Below, piece after piece: positions 1-10,301 of a stretch of DNA of 64,000 nt. Each line of letters opens with the position of its first letter. The first letter of the stretch is position 1. The notes beneath the pieces were generated by a model that had not been told where the DNA came from, did no database searches, and worked only from the letters and a program-made list of their open reading frames with translations. The stretch spans positions 1 to 64,000 of the forward strand of contig CAVXZB010000078.1 in the NCBI GenBank assembly GCA_963765895.1, read 5' to 3'. Both the position numbers and the translations under genes were made by a program. The DNA comes from an uncultured Nitrososphaeraceae archaeon (GTDB lineage Archaea; Thermoproteota; Nitrososphaeria; Nitrososphaerales; Nitrososphaeraceae).

Positions 1-263
1 GCAATTTCCAGCCGTTCGAACCCATATTTCGCCTTCTGATATTGTTGTAAATTTCGGTTTTGATTCAGAAATAGTTTTTATAATATGTGCCAGCGACACT
101 CGATCTCTATTTACACAGCTAGCTCTTGACGAACCACAATTCATCGAAGTATATTCAATAAAATTAACTAGATATTTTTACCAGAGAGAATCAGAAGCAA
201 TCGACCCCATAATATAGAAGATGTAATGATTAGATTCTTATATGCTACCCACTGAGATTAATT

Positions 264-533
264 ATGAGCGAGCGCGTTGAACCGGTAGCATTAGTCCTAC
301 CCCAAGAAAGTTCCTCGGAAATTTCTGTTGAATATTCTTTTAGAGAGAGATATGCTAAGGAATTGGAAAAGAAGAGGGTACCTGGAATTAATAACTACTA
401 TGGACCGGATGAATTACTAGAAGAGAGAATAAAAGTTAATCAGCAACAGATGAAGACTCCTGGTCGAAGAGGAGAACTCATAAAACAGGAAGAAATTGCC
501 AAGGAGATTATTAGAAGATTATCGATTCAATAA
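264..533 (+). CDS. hypothetical protein
   Basis: 89-aa ATG ORF with natural charged composition and an AT-rich TATA-like upstream region; no recognised motif. Confidence 0.6.
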   Translation: MSERVEPVALVLPQESSSEISVEYSFRERYAKELEKKRVPGINNYYGPDELLEERIKVNQQQMKTPGRRGELIKQEEIAKEIIRRLSIQ

Positions 534-768
534 GATCCACAGTGACTGGAAAAAGTGGAAGAATCTACTGTAATATACGAACCTGAATTGAAGCATTATT
601 TTGTAAATAAGATTTATTACAATATCATTGACAGCTAATCTCTAGTGTTTGTAATAAGACACTCTTCAATGACCCTTTCTTCTTCCCGGATTACATTTGA
701 GGAGACATTATTAAGAAAAATAATCCAATAGTCCACTAGAATAGCAGCATCTCGAGCTTTAGATCAAA

Positions 769-933
769 TCACTTCTTACTCGCTCTATAATATTTCCGGT
801 CTGGAACAAATTTCTTACATTCGCATGCACCAATCATACACTTCATTTTATCTCTACTCGCATTTCTGTCATGATCAATCTTTTGATGTTGACACTTCAA
901 ACACTTTAGAAAAGAATCAGAATCACTATCCAT
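769..933 (-). CDS. small Cys/His zinc-finger microprotein (54 aa, not in ORF track)
   Basis: Hand translation MDSDSDSFLKCLKCQHQKIDHDRNASRDKMKCMIGACECKKFVPDRKYYRASKK; CxxCxH..H..CxxxxCxC pattern. Confidence 0.7.
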   Translation of the reverse strand: MDSDSDSFLKCLKCQHQKIDHDRNASRDKMKCMIGACECKKFVPDRKYYRASKK

Positions 934-1519
934 CTAAAATGTAACTATTTAACCCGTCTATATATTCTTGCATGTATTGTCCTTCTATATATTCAGATAA
1001 AAAATTGTCGGATTTAAATTAGACAAAATAGTTATAGTCCTCTCCAGCAATTGATGCGATTGCCGATAAACCGGGAGCCTATCAGCGCGTGCCAAATACA
1101 CGCTTCTAGCTGATATTCTATCTTATATTCTAGATTAACTGAGGTGAATTGATTATTGGGATGGAAACATGGCTAGAAAAGGCTGTACGAAATGTAAATG
1201 AAATTTCTGCTGTTATCACATTTAATGGATAGTCAAAACATATCGGACTTACCATAAAAACAGTTTAGTACTTTTTGGCTGCTATTCATCGAAAGTTAGC
1301 CTATATTCTACTAGTTCCAAATACAAATAGATCCCACTAGCAGGTTATAATATAGTTCTCTTTTTTTATTCTTATCCTTATGATATACCAAGATGCCGAT
1401 ATGATATCAATAAATTTCCTGCCTAAAATGCGAAGAATTCGATAACTAATAATCACTGTAATTTGGTTCATCTAATAAATAAGTGAATGACATTTAAATG
1501 GCTGTGCAGGTGTTAGTCC

Positions 1520-2251
1520 GTGTCCTTTCTGCCAGTCCATTTATCAGATGGCAGAGTGCTAAATATAGAGATCAAGAAGAGCAAAAGAGCAGGCCGATTT
1601 TGGTTGAAGGCCAATATATCAGAGATTTATATGGTAGCTCCTGCAGATAAATATGAAATCGATCAAGCTACACGATTTTTGGAGAGTAAAAAACCATGGA
1701 TCCTAAAGGCACTACAATTCTATGAAAAAGTACAGGCTGAATGCGGGATAGAAAAACTTCGATCTAGTACAATTTTATTTTTAGGTAAGATATACAATCT
1801 GCAGACAGTTAAAGATACGGGGTTCTCTGTAACCATCTCAACAACCCTGCGCAAAATAACAGTTCATGTAACTAATTTACGTGAATGTAAGAATGAAATT
1901 AAACAGTGGTACTGTACGGAAACTCGTAGAGTTGTGACCGAGCGTCTTGAATTTATTGCTCGAACGAACCCGAACCTACCAGCGTATAACAAGATCTCTA
2001 TAAAGGATCATACTTCTAGGTGGGCTAGCTGTTCTGAAAAAAGGAACCTGAATTTTAGTTTGCTTTTAGCTATGCTACCAATCCAACTAATAGATTACGT
2101 AATCATTCATGAACTAGCACATCTTGTTCAACTTAACCATTCGAAGAGGTTCTGGGACATTGTTATGGAGATGGATCCTGAATTTCAGTCTCATCGCAAA
2201 TTGCTGCACAAATACAACATATTGATAAAATATACACAAATAATATCTTAA
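1520..2251 (+). CDS. YgjP/DUF45 (SprT-like) metal-dependent hydrolase
   Basis: SRWASCS, IDYVIIHELAHLVQLNHSKRFW (HExxH plus NHS motif). Confidence 0.9.
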   Translation: MSFLPVHLSDGRVLNIEIKKSKRAGRFWLKANISEIYMVAPADKYEIDQATRFLESKKPWILKALQFYEKVQAECGIEKLRSSTILFLGKIYNLQTVKDTGFSVTISTTLRKITVHVTNLRECKNEIKQWYCTETRRVVTERLEFIARTNPNLPAYNKISIKDHTSRWASCSEKRNLNFSLLLAMLPIQLIDYVIIHELAHLVQLNHSKRFWDIVMEMDPEFQSHRKLLHKYNILIKYTQIIS

Positions 2252-2836
2252 TTTTTTTCTTTAATGTATCATACTTAAGCACTCCAATTAAGGCCAAGCA
2301 CTTCGACAAAATTGTCCTAGCAATCCACAAAAGGTTAACTGACGCATTTGTACACCAGTACCAATTTCCGGTTCATAAATTCTAAAGAGTGTCTTTCCCA
2401 GACTACCATCTAGCATATATCCGCCGTAAAGTATGTTCAATATCCGAAGCTCTCATGATGGATGAAATCTCTTAGAGTTTTGCTTATTTTTGCAACCTCC
2501 TTTATATTCCTAATGCCTATTTCGATTCCTATTTTCCATCTGTTCTTTCCCTATATACGCACCTGATCACACAGCTTTAATATCCAATAAATAGAGCAAA
2601 TCATTTACAGCATAATGATAGTAAACTCGTTAATTTTATGTTTGTCTGGTCGAGTATACTATTGAGAAGATTCTAGACAAACGATAAAGAAATTCTAAAC
2701 GTATTCCTTTAAATCGAGAGTGATGAAAGCTGGCCTGATTAATAGAACTCATCACTTAAGCCCAGTTAGCGCGGTTATTATATTTAACAAAACATAAAAA
2801 TTTAGGCTAAATAGAAACGGCAACTAGGATTCAGAC

Positions 2837-3652
2837 TTGAAAGGTAGGCTGTCAAGCAGGTTTATACAATTAAAGGAGAGAGGGGAATGTGGGCTTGTCT
2901 GTTATGTCCTAGCCGGATACCCTGATCCTCCAATGTGTAGAAAAATAGTTAGGGCGCTTGTGAGTGGTGGTGCAGATATCATCGAAATTGGCATCCCATT
3001 TTCAGATCCTATTGCGGACGGTCCTAGCCTCCAAAATGCCTCTAGCCTTGCGATTCGCAGAGGGATCACAGCCGAAAATGCAATGGACTTGGCCAGCGAC
3101 ATTCGAAATGATTATTCTGATCTTCCGTTGGTTGCTATGACATATAGCAATATAGTTTTGAGAAGGGGTATGGAGAAGTTTATGAGAGATGCCAAAGCTT
3201 CTGGAATAGACGGCTTTATCTTACCCGATATGCCTATAGAGGAATCACGTCAATATCACAATTATGCCACTAACATCGGCCTGTCGACGGTTTTCCTCGC
3301 GTCTCCTAACAGTTCCGTGCCTCGAGTAAAACAGATTATTGCTATGACTACCGGATTTCTTTACTTAGTTTCTGTATATGGTGTAACCGGCGCACGGGTC
3401 TCGTTCGATAATTACTCAATCAGTGCCCTCAAAAAGGTAAAAAAAATTGCTGGGTCAAAAGTTCCAGTCGGAGTAGGATTCGGAATAAGTAAACCCGAAC
3501 ATGTACAGCTTATGTCAAACTCCGGTGCGGATGCAGTAATCGTTGCTAGCGCAATAATTAATATGATAACCAATTCACCAAAGAAGAGTAACCTCCTGAA
3601 CGAAATCAGGGATTACACCAAATCTTTGAAAATAGCATGCAGAAGATCATGA
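2837..3652 (+). CDS. trpA: tryptophan synthase alpha chain
   Basis: IEIGIPFSDPIADGP, YLVSVYGVTGAR, GFGIS, GADAVIVASA motifs. Confidence 0.97.
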   Translation: MKGRLSSRFIQLKERGECGLVCYVLAGYPDPPMCRKIVRALVSGGADIIEIGIPFSDPIADGPSLQNASSLAIRRGITAENAMDLASDIRNDYSDLPLVAMTYSNIVLRRGMEKFMRDAKASGIDGFILPDMPIEESRQYHNYATNIGLSTVFLASPNSSVPRVKQIIAMTTGFLYLVSVYGVTGARVSFDNYSISALKKVKKIAGSKVPVGVGFGISKPEHVQLMSNSGADAVIVASAIINMITNSPKKSNLLNEIRDYTKSLKIACRRS

Positions 3653-4378
3653 GGACAGAAAATTGAAGTTATTGCTTATAATTATTCTGACAGTAGGTTA
3701 TTGTTACATGTCAGGTCAAAGCAAATTTATATTCTTGCAATTCTGTCAGTTCTGGACTTCTCATGACCAGACTAGTTGTTACAATCATAGTACGCTCCAA
3801 GATTTGTAATCTAAACTTGGATTACATGTCTTATAAATTTCCTGATAAATCATCTTTTTGAATTAATTTTCTCCGACAATCGAGATAAGAGGATTATTTT
3901 TATGGATCTTAATCTTCGTCTGTATAAGAACGGGATCCCAAGGACGGCACGGTGTAGCATCCGATGCAGTGCCTACTGCGAATAAAATTAGATATTACAA
4001 GCTAAATTTAGTCTTCTGAGGATCGAGCTAGCATATTAGGTTGATAGACTTTACGATTATGCTTTACGTCTATTGTTTCCTTAATCGAGTATTAAAAGTA
4101 TTATCTAATAGACACAATTATCAGCTCTGAAGAATCCTAAATTAGATGTGTTCTCAAATAACGAGTAATAAGGACCATTTTATCATTGGCAACCAATAGT
4201 ATTTTGTCAATAAATACCAAACTACTAACTCATATTGTCAACTATATATATTCTAAAATATCTATTGCATACGTGGTTAATCAAGCTCTAGTATTTTTTT
4301 GTATTGATCATGACTCTTTAACTATTCAACTAAACAATTGCAGATTCAAAAAGAAGATCGGGCATTATTAACTACCAA

Positions 4379-5440
4379 TTATAACACAATTTCATCACTT
4401 AAAGGGTAGGTATAGACATTAGCCCTTTCTTTTCCGATTGCAATAGAGTGTAAAAGTATTGCACCTTCCAATTCACTTCCGTCTATGCCCAGTCCTTTCT
4501 TTCCTAATATAGAGGTGGGATCGATTTCTTCACTATACATCATTATCTCATCGCCAGGATAGGGCTCGAGTGTAACTCTCTCTTCGGCCAAGAGACCGGA
4601 ATCTCGTACACCGTTTGACATTTGTCTGCCACCGTCGTTCAACAGTTTCTGTATATGATATTTGTCTCTAAGAATTCGCATAGCCTTATGAAGATCGAAT
4701 TTTTTGCCAGTTATCACATAGTTCAACAAGTCTGACTCGGGCAGGGCGTTATTGGCAAAGCTATATCCATCATCATTGGTTAGGAAAATGACGTGTATAT
4801 CCTTTTTCTTATCTAAAACAGCGATACGATTTTTCTGATACTCCTGTATGATGTTTAGTCTTCTAAATGTCTTATCAGATCTTGCTATTACGACATAAGT
4901 AAGTAGCGGAGGAGGTCCAAATTTTTCCTCCAATTTACATAGATCGTCATAAACACCTGGATTGTTCTCTTTAAAGAAATCACCAAAAAAATGCCAATTC
5001 CAAATATTTCGTTTGTTCAACATTAGGTTGACCGCACTGACCATTATAGCGTCATGGCCTATCAGTATTCTATGTGTTGAAGCAAAGGCATTGTCAATCT
5101 GTTTTCTCCTACCACCAGAAAGTAAAGGTACCCCTCCTGTCTTCCTCCCTCCAATCTTGTAAATAAACGGCCCAATATCAACATTATCTGCTGCGTTGGC
5201 CGCTAGATAGCTTGTAGCTTGATAAGGGACATTCATACTATCTATGTATTCTGCGCTTGCACCAATTACAATCTCAGGCAATATTTTTGCAAGGTTAGTC
5301 AATCCAAAATCTTCAGATGGGGATATTACCTGAATTCCTCTCTTTCGAAAATGCTCAAGTTGACCAGTAGAAATCTTGTTCTCTTCGGCAAGTAGTTTGA
5401 GGCGATTTAAATACATCGTCATAATCCAATGACAAGCCAT
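4379..5440 (-). CDS. RibD_C / DHFR-fold reductase-like protein
   Basis: DAIMVSA and IQKLLNDGGRQM..GLLAEERVTLEP resemble the RibD_C LLVEGG..GLVDE..TIAP motifs; the true start may be a few codons downstream. Confidence 0.65.
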   Translation of the reverse strand: MACHWIMTMYLNRLKLLAEENKISTGQLEHFRKRGIQVISPSEDFGLTNLAKILPEIVIGASAEYIDSMNVPYQATSYLAANAADNVDIGPFIYKIGGRKTGGVPLLSGGRRKQIDNAFASTHRILIGHDAIMVSAVNLMLNKRNIWNWHFFGDFFKENNPGVYDDLCKLEEKFGPPPLLTYVVIARSDKTFRRLNIIQEYQKNRIAVLDKKKDIHVIFLTNDDGYSFANNALPESDLLNYVITGKKFDLHKAMRILRDKYHIQKLLNDGGRQMSNGVRDSGLLAEERVTLEPYPGDEIMMYSEEIDPTSILGKKGLGIDGSELEGAILLHSIAIGKERANVYTYPLSDEIVL

Positions 5441-5613
5441 ATGCCGTGATACTGTTCAAACTGGGAAATAAAAATTAAACTAGTGCTATCAATGGAAACA
5501 ACTTTGGGACCATTTATGTAACCTATCACACGATGTTTAAGTCAGTGGTGAAAATAACAAAATTCGAAAGATGGAGAAAAAATGAATAGGAATTTAGCAC
5601 CGAGTTTATATTA

Positions 5614-5898
5614 CTAGCTTTGTGTCCCAATTATATTTACTGCATTACCGTTTCCTTGAACCTGAGAACCGAGGTTCTGGCAATTGACATGAGAGGCTCC
5701 AAAGCCATTTCCGCAGCTATTTGCCTGTGCCAACGACTGTGAATTATTACTACTTCCGTGACCGTGATGGTTGTGATGATGGTTGTGATGATGGTTGTGA
5801 TGATGGTTGCTAGCAAATACTCCTTGAGCCAATCCGGTTGCAGTAATTAGCAACATCGCCACTGCTGTAACAGCAATAAAACCATGTGACTTATTCAT
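5614..5898 (-). CDS. secreted His-rich, Asn/Gln/Gly-rich protein
   Basis: Signal peptide ending VFA, (HHHN)3-HHGHG tract, then an N/Q/G/S-rich tail with two Cys. Confidence 0.85.
   Translation of the reverse strand: MNKSHGFIAVTAVAMLLITATGLAQGVFASNHHHNHHHNHHHNHHGHGSSNNSQSLAQANSCGNGFGASHVNCQNLGSQVQGNGNAVNIIGTQS
5770..5805 (-). repeat. 12-bp tandem repeat (CATCATCACAAC)x3 encoding HHHN
   Basis: gttgtgatgatg x3 on the + strand. Confidence 0.9.
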
Positions 5899-6367
5899 TG
5901 GCTTGAGGTTATCACTGAATCTATTTGGACTTTTGTTAAGTAGAGAGGGTATTTTTTTCCTATAGTTATTGTCTATAACATTTTTATGCAGATTCTATGA
6001 TACTATAAATCTCTCGAATACAACGCAGATAATTCTCATTTCTAGCTTGGTCTAAATTTGCCGCCTCTATATTCTCTATATCAGTGACACTTTTATAATG
6101 GATGGATGGTATAAGATTGACTTCTAGGTTCCAAGGTATATTTATCCCAGTGGTACCGATATGGAATTTGGAATTTATTAATCAGCTCTCTTAAGGATCG
6201 GTCCCTATGTGCACTAAACATGACCGATAACAATTTGGGATAAGTCATATTTGAAGGAGAACAAAAAGATTTCTTATATTCCATAAATAAATACCACACT
6301 GGAAAAATAGGGATATTTAACACATATACTAATTAGATCGGCTAATTTATCTATAAATGATTCAGCT

Positions 6368-8039
6368 ATGGAAAATGATGATACGGATTTACTCGATCAA
6401 TTGGGTATCGAGCAGGATCCGGTTCGAAAGGGATTATGGGAGCCGATCAAATATCGTTTTAGACATCTACCAGTTCACCTTGCTTTACTACGTACTGGGA
6501 GGGTACTGGCGTTCGGTGGTTCTGGGAACGATGAAACGCGCCTAGATTCACCATATCCCGCTGAGGTATTTGAGCCTAATGGGATACAGGAGATCGATGA
6601 GGACACAGAGTTCAGAGACACTTCCAAAAAAGCTTTTCGAGAGGTAGAAACAATTCGGCACACTCGTGATCGAGTTTATGAGATTCCTACTGAAGTTGAT
6701 GGCGACCTATTCTGTTCTGGACATGCATTTCTACCCGACGGCCAATTAATTGTCGCAGGAGGAACGTCCAAGTACGACGGTAAAATATTTGGATTTCCCA
6801 TTCCGCCATTTAGTGGTCTGGATCATTCATACATTTTTGAACCCATGAATTCACAGTGGAAAAAGGCATCGACGATGAAGAATGCTAGATGGTATCCTAC
6901 GTGCATATCGCTACCAGACGGCCGAGTTATGGCCATGGCTGGATTATCAAAAAGCTTTCCGTGGGCGTTTCTTAATAAACTTGAAGTTTATTCACCCGAC
7001 GATAATGCTGGCCAATGGCAGCAAGTTGTAGGGGCAAATCATTGGGTTCCAATGTATCCACGCTTGCACCTTCTTCCATCTGGTGATATCTTTTATGCTG
7101 GTTCATATAATACACATTATACCTTCCCTTTTTCACTTCGTTCTTTTCCGAGTGCAACTTATAGCATTCGTAACAACAAGTGGACGACAATTGGAAACCC
7201 TAATAATATAAAAAGGGAAGAGGGAACTTCAGTTTTGCTTCCTTTATTACCACCAGATTATGTTGCTCGTGTCCTATTGATAGGAGGAGGAACCCAACCA
7301 GGTACTGAGGCTATAAACGATGTTGAAATGATTGATTTTTCAGAAAGACACCCCAGATATAAATCCATTAAGCCACTTAAACATCCAAGATACTATGTGT
7401 ATTCGGTACTTCTTCCGGATCAGACCGTCCTCGTGTTAGGCGGAAAAACAGGAATCAAAGGACATACAATGAAAGATAGCACGAAAAGAAACAGGCACCT
7501 ATCAAAAATCCATGAGCCAGGAACTGTACCCCATGATCCGCTCGCTGTTCTAGAACCAGAGCTTTACGATCCTTTAGCCAAAAAGTGGTCTTCGATGGCC
7601 CCCATGAGAGTAGATAGATTATATCATGCTAATGCGATTTTGCTTGCAGACGGGAGAGTAATGACTGCAGGGCAGCAATCCAGATAGGAGAGTAAATGAA
7701 CTACGAATCGAATTATATCGTCCTCCTTATTTTTTCAAAGGAGAGCGGCCAACTATCTTCAAAATTCCTAAGATTATTCTATATGGAACGGAGTTTCAGA
7801 TCGAAACTGCTGATACTGAAGAAATTAAATCAGTAGCACTCATACGACCTAGTGTAACGACCCATTGTGTAAATACAGAACAAAGATATATCGGACTGGA
7901 GTTCACGAGAAAGAATTCCAGCTTACTATCATCAAGAGTTACCTTAAATAGAAACATAGCCCCACCTGGCTACTATATGCTTTTTTTGTTGTCGCAAAGT
8001 GACGTTCCTTCTATTAGTCAATTCATTTGTATAAAGTAA
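6368..8039 (+). CDS. galactose/glyoxal oxidase-like copper radical oxidase (Kelch + C-terminal DUF1929), +1 frameshift at ~7670
   Basis: DLFCSG (Cys), RWYP (Tyr), RLYHANA (Tyr/His). Removing one G at 7670-7672 restores MTAGSNP..ELRIELYRPPY..VTTHCVNTEQR..APPGYYMLF, ending TAA 8037-8039. Confidence 0.9.
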
Positions 8040-8245
8040 TGTTACATTAGCTTTATTTAATTATTAAGAGTTATGGCATTTTTCAAGCCAATGATTCAAT
8101 CCGTAGGGCCAGCTTTAGCTGCCTCTTAGTACTCCAATTTAGTTGTCTAATTAGCGCAACTGCCATTCCATTTGAGTATGCCAAGAGTATCTTAAAATTA
8201 TGCCTCTGGTATATCTGTAGCTCCAGAGAGGTTATGATAAGCCTG

Positions 8246-8677
8246 TCAATCTATGTATGTAGATATTTTTGATAATATCTGAGATTTTGAAGCCGCTCCG
8301 ACAAACCCATCTACCATTTTTCCATTTTTGAAGATCGCAATAGTTGGAATGCTTTGGATTCCAAAAGTACTTGAAACAACTGGATTTTCATCTACATTTA
8401 ATTTACCAAAAAGTACCTTTCCAGCCAATTCAGTTGCTAATTGCTCTATTACAGGTGAGACTGCTCTACAAGGCCCGCACCAGGGAGCCCAAAAATCAAC
8501 TACAATTAGGTGACTTTTCTTAATGGTACCTTCAAAGTTGCTATCATTTAATGTAAGAGGTGCAGCCCCCATAGTTGTGTTAACATTATCAGAAAAATTG
8601 TTACCGTTGCCTTTTTTAGCTAGATCTTTCATCTTTTTTTCCATAATTTCGTTCAATTCGTCATTCCAATTTTGCAT
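8246..8677 (-). CDS. trxA: thioredoxin with N-terminal DELxxI extension
   Basis: VDFWAPWCGPC, GIQSIPT; ATG 8677 (MQNWNDELNEI) preferred over the longest ORF start at 8752. Confidence 0.92.
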   Translation of the reverse strand: MQNWNDELNEIMEKKMKDLAKKGNGNNFSDNVNTTMGAAPLTLNDSNFEGTIKKSHLIVVDFWAPWCGPCRAVSPVIEQLATELAGKVLFGKLNVDENPVVSSTFGIQSIPTIAIFKNGKMVDGFVGAASKSQILSKISTYID

Positions 8678-8782
8678 TGCCTGTACAATATCGCCTGAGC
8701 TATTATTAAGTATTATGGCTTTTGCATGCATTGTACAAAACCTTAATAACATTGGAATCAGTAATAGGTTCAGGTAGAATCT

Positions 8783-9190
8783 ATGGTACCGGAAAGAATC
8801 TTGTACTCTTCTATAAGACTCCTTACCAGAGCAGATTGCTCATGCAGTGACGTATTTTCTTGCTTATTTTGTCTATCTCCCCCTGAAATAGACCTCTTGA
8901 ATATCTTATTAAAATCTAACAAGGAATTGACGTTGGAGAATCTGTCAGATAGATTAAGAAGAAATAAAGGTACTGTATTCAGAGCACTACAGAAATTGGT
9001 CAGTCTTAATCTTTGCGATAAGGCAGCCAAGACCAGGGCAGCAGGGGGTTATTATCATGTCTATACGGCGGCAGATATTGATGCAATAGAGACCAGTACT
9101 ACACAGAGGATAGCTGATGTGCAGCGGGCTCTTACTAGGATAAGAAGAAACTTCCGAAAAGACATAATAAAAATGACATTGGCTAGTTAA
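8783..9190 (+). CDS. winged-helix (TrmB-like) regulator with Cys-rich N-terminus
   Basis: LTLENLSDRLRRNKGTVFRALQKLV HTH, GGYYHVY wing, N-terminal CSCxxxxxCxxC. Confidence 0.85.
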   Translation: MVPERILYSSIRLLTRADCSCSDVFSCLFCLSPPEIDLLNILLKSNKELTLENLSDRLRRNKGTVFRALQKLVSLNLCDKAAKTRAAGGYYHVYTAADIDAIETSTTQRIADVQRALTRIRRNFRKDIIKMTLAS

Positions 9191-9726
9191 AAGAGTATAT
9201 CACTAATGACGACGTACCCGATTTAGATCACTTTTTCGCAATTAATTTTGGATGCCTGTTGGATACTTTACATTATTTTACTCAGTCTGATATGAAGCAT
9301 GATATGACTTTACCGTGCAACTTGGTCTCCTAAGCCCCGCGAACTAGGACCATTATCATCCAGTTCTTATTAGTACTCTATTTTTGGTAGAAATTGATGT
9401 GCATCCAAGAAAGTCAAAGCTGATCCAAGCCAAGAATAACGTGTCAGGCAAAGAAAGAGTCAGATTAGATTGCATGACACGAATCTAGAGGTCAAAAATA
9501 GGAAATAAATAGTGTATAGATCACACCCAGATTATAAACTGATGCTGAATTATAAACAAAAGAACATTTGTCTATTATTCTTTCGAATTTCATTCAATAC
9601 CTCGGCCAATACTTTCCAATTTACGGTGTTTGCAAGCAGTCCTTATTAGAATTCAGACAGCATACAGTGTGATTCGGCAAGATCTATCCGTAAATCTTTT
9701 GAACCGGAACCACATATTGAGGTCTA

Positions 9727-10035
9727 GTGTCAAACTTAGACGATGAAAACTCGATGAGTGAAATCCTGCGCGAGTTGGACAGAGAGACAACCAGAATAGT
9801 TATATCGAAACAGATCCGTGGAAAATACAAAAAGATTTCCACTGTAGTAATTGGAATCGCGAGCAAATTGAAGGACTCTGAAATTACGACAATAACAAGT
9901 GAATTAAAATCAAAAATAGGTACTGGGGGGACCTATAAAGAGGGTCAGATCATACTCCAGGGAGATCACCGCGAGATAGTCAAACAGCTATTAGTTAAAA
10001 AGGGGTTTAATGAAGATTCGATAGAAGTATTGTAG
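9727..10035 (+). CDS. sui1: translation initiation factor aIF1 / SUI1 family
   Basis: ELKSKIGTGGTYKEGQIILQGDHR signature. Confidence 0.92.
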   Translation: MSNLDDENSMSEILRELDRETTRIVISKQIRGKYKKISTVVIGIASKLKDSEITTITSELKSKIGTGGTYKEGQIILQGDHREIVKQLLVKKGFNEDSIEVL

Positions 10036-10301
10036 CAAAATTATTTACGTTAGGTTGTATTAAGTAAGGGGAAGTTGAATCAGGACTGCCTATCAAAATC
10101 TTTCAAATTGGAAAAAAATATGCTGGAAGGGATCAAGCAAATTAGGCTGAATTAATTTGATGCAACGTTCAAGCTTTGAACTCAACGGATTAGCATTACA
10201 TGTTATAGTTCGTAGATCCTGTATGCCTAAGTCTAATAATAAATAAGGACTGCGCTATTATCTCTACGAGTTATATGGAATACTGTACGAGCTACTAATA
10301 G

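Noticed and set aside
3946-3973. GGCAC..GCAT-CCG-ATGC..GTGCC hairpin (similar short hairpins at 22338 and 58106)
   Set aside because: Short, single-copy, with no recognisable RNA family or transposase nearby
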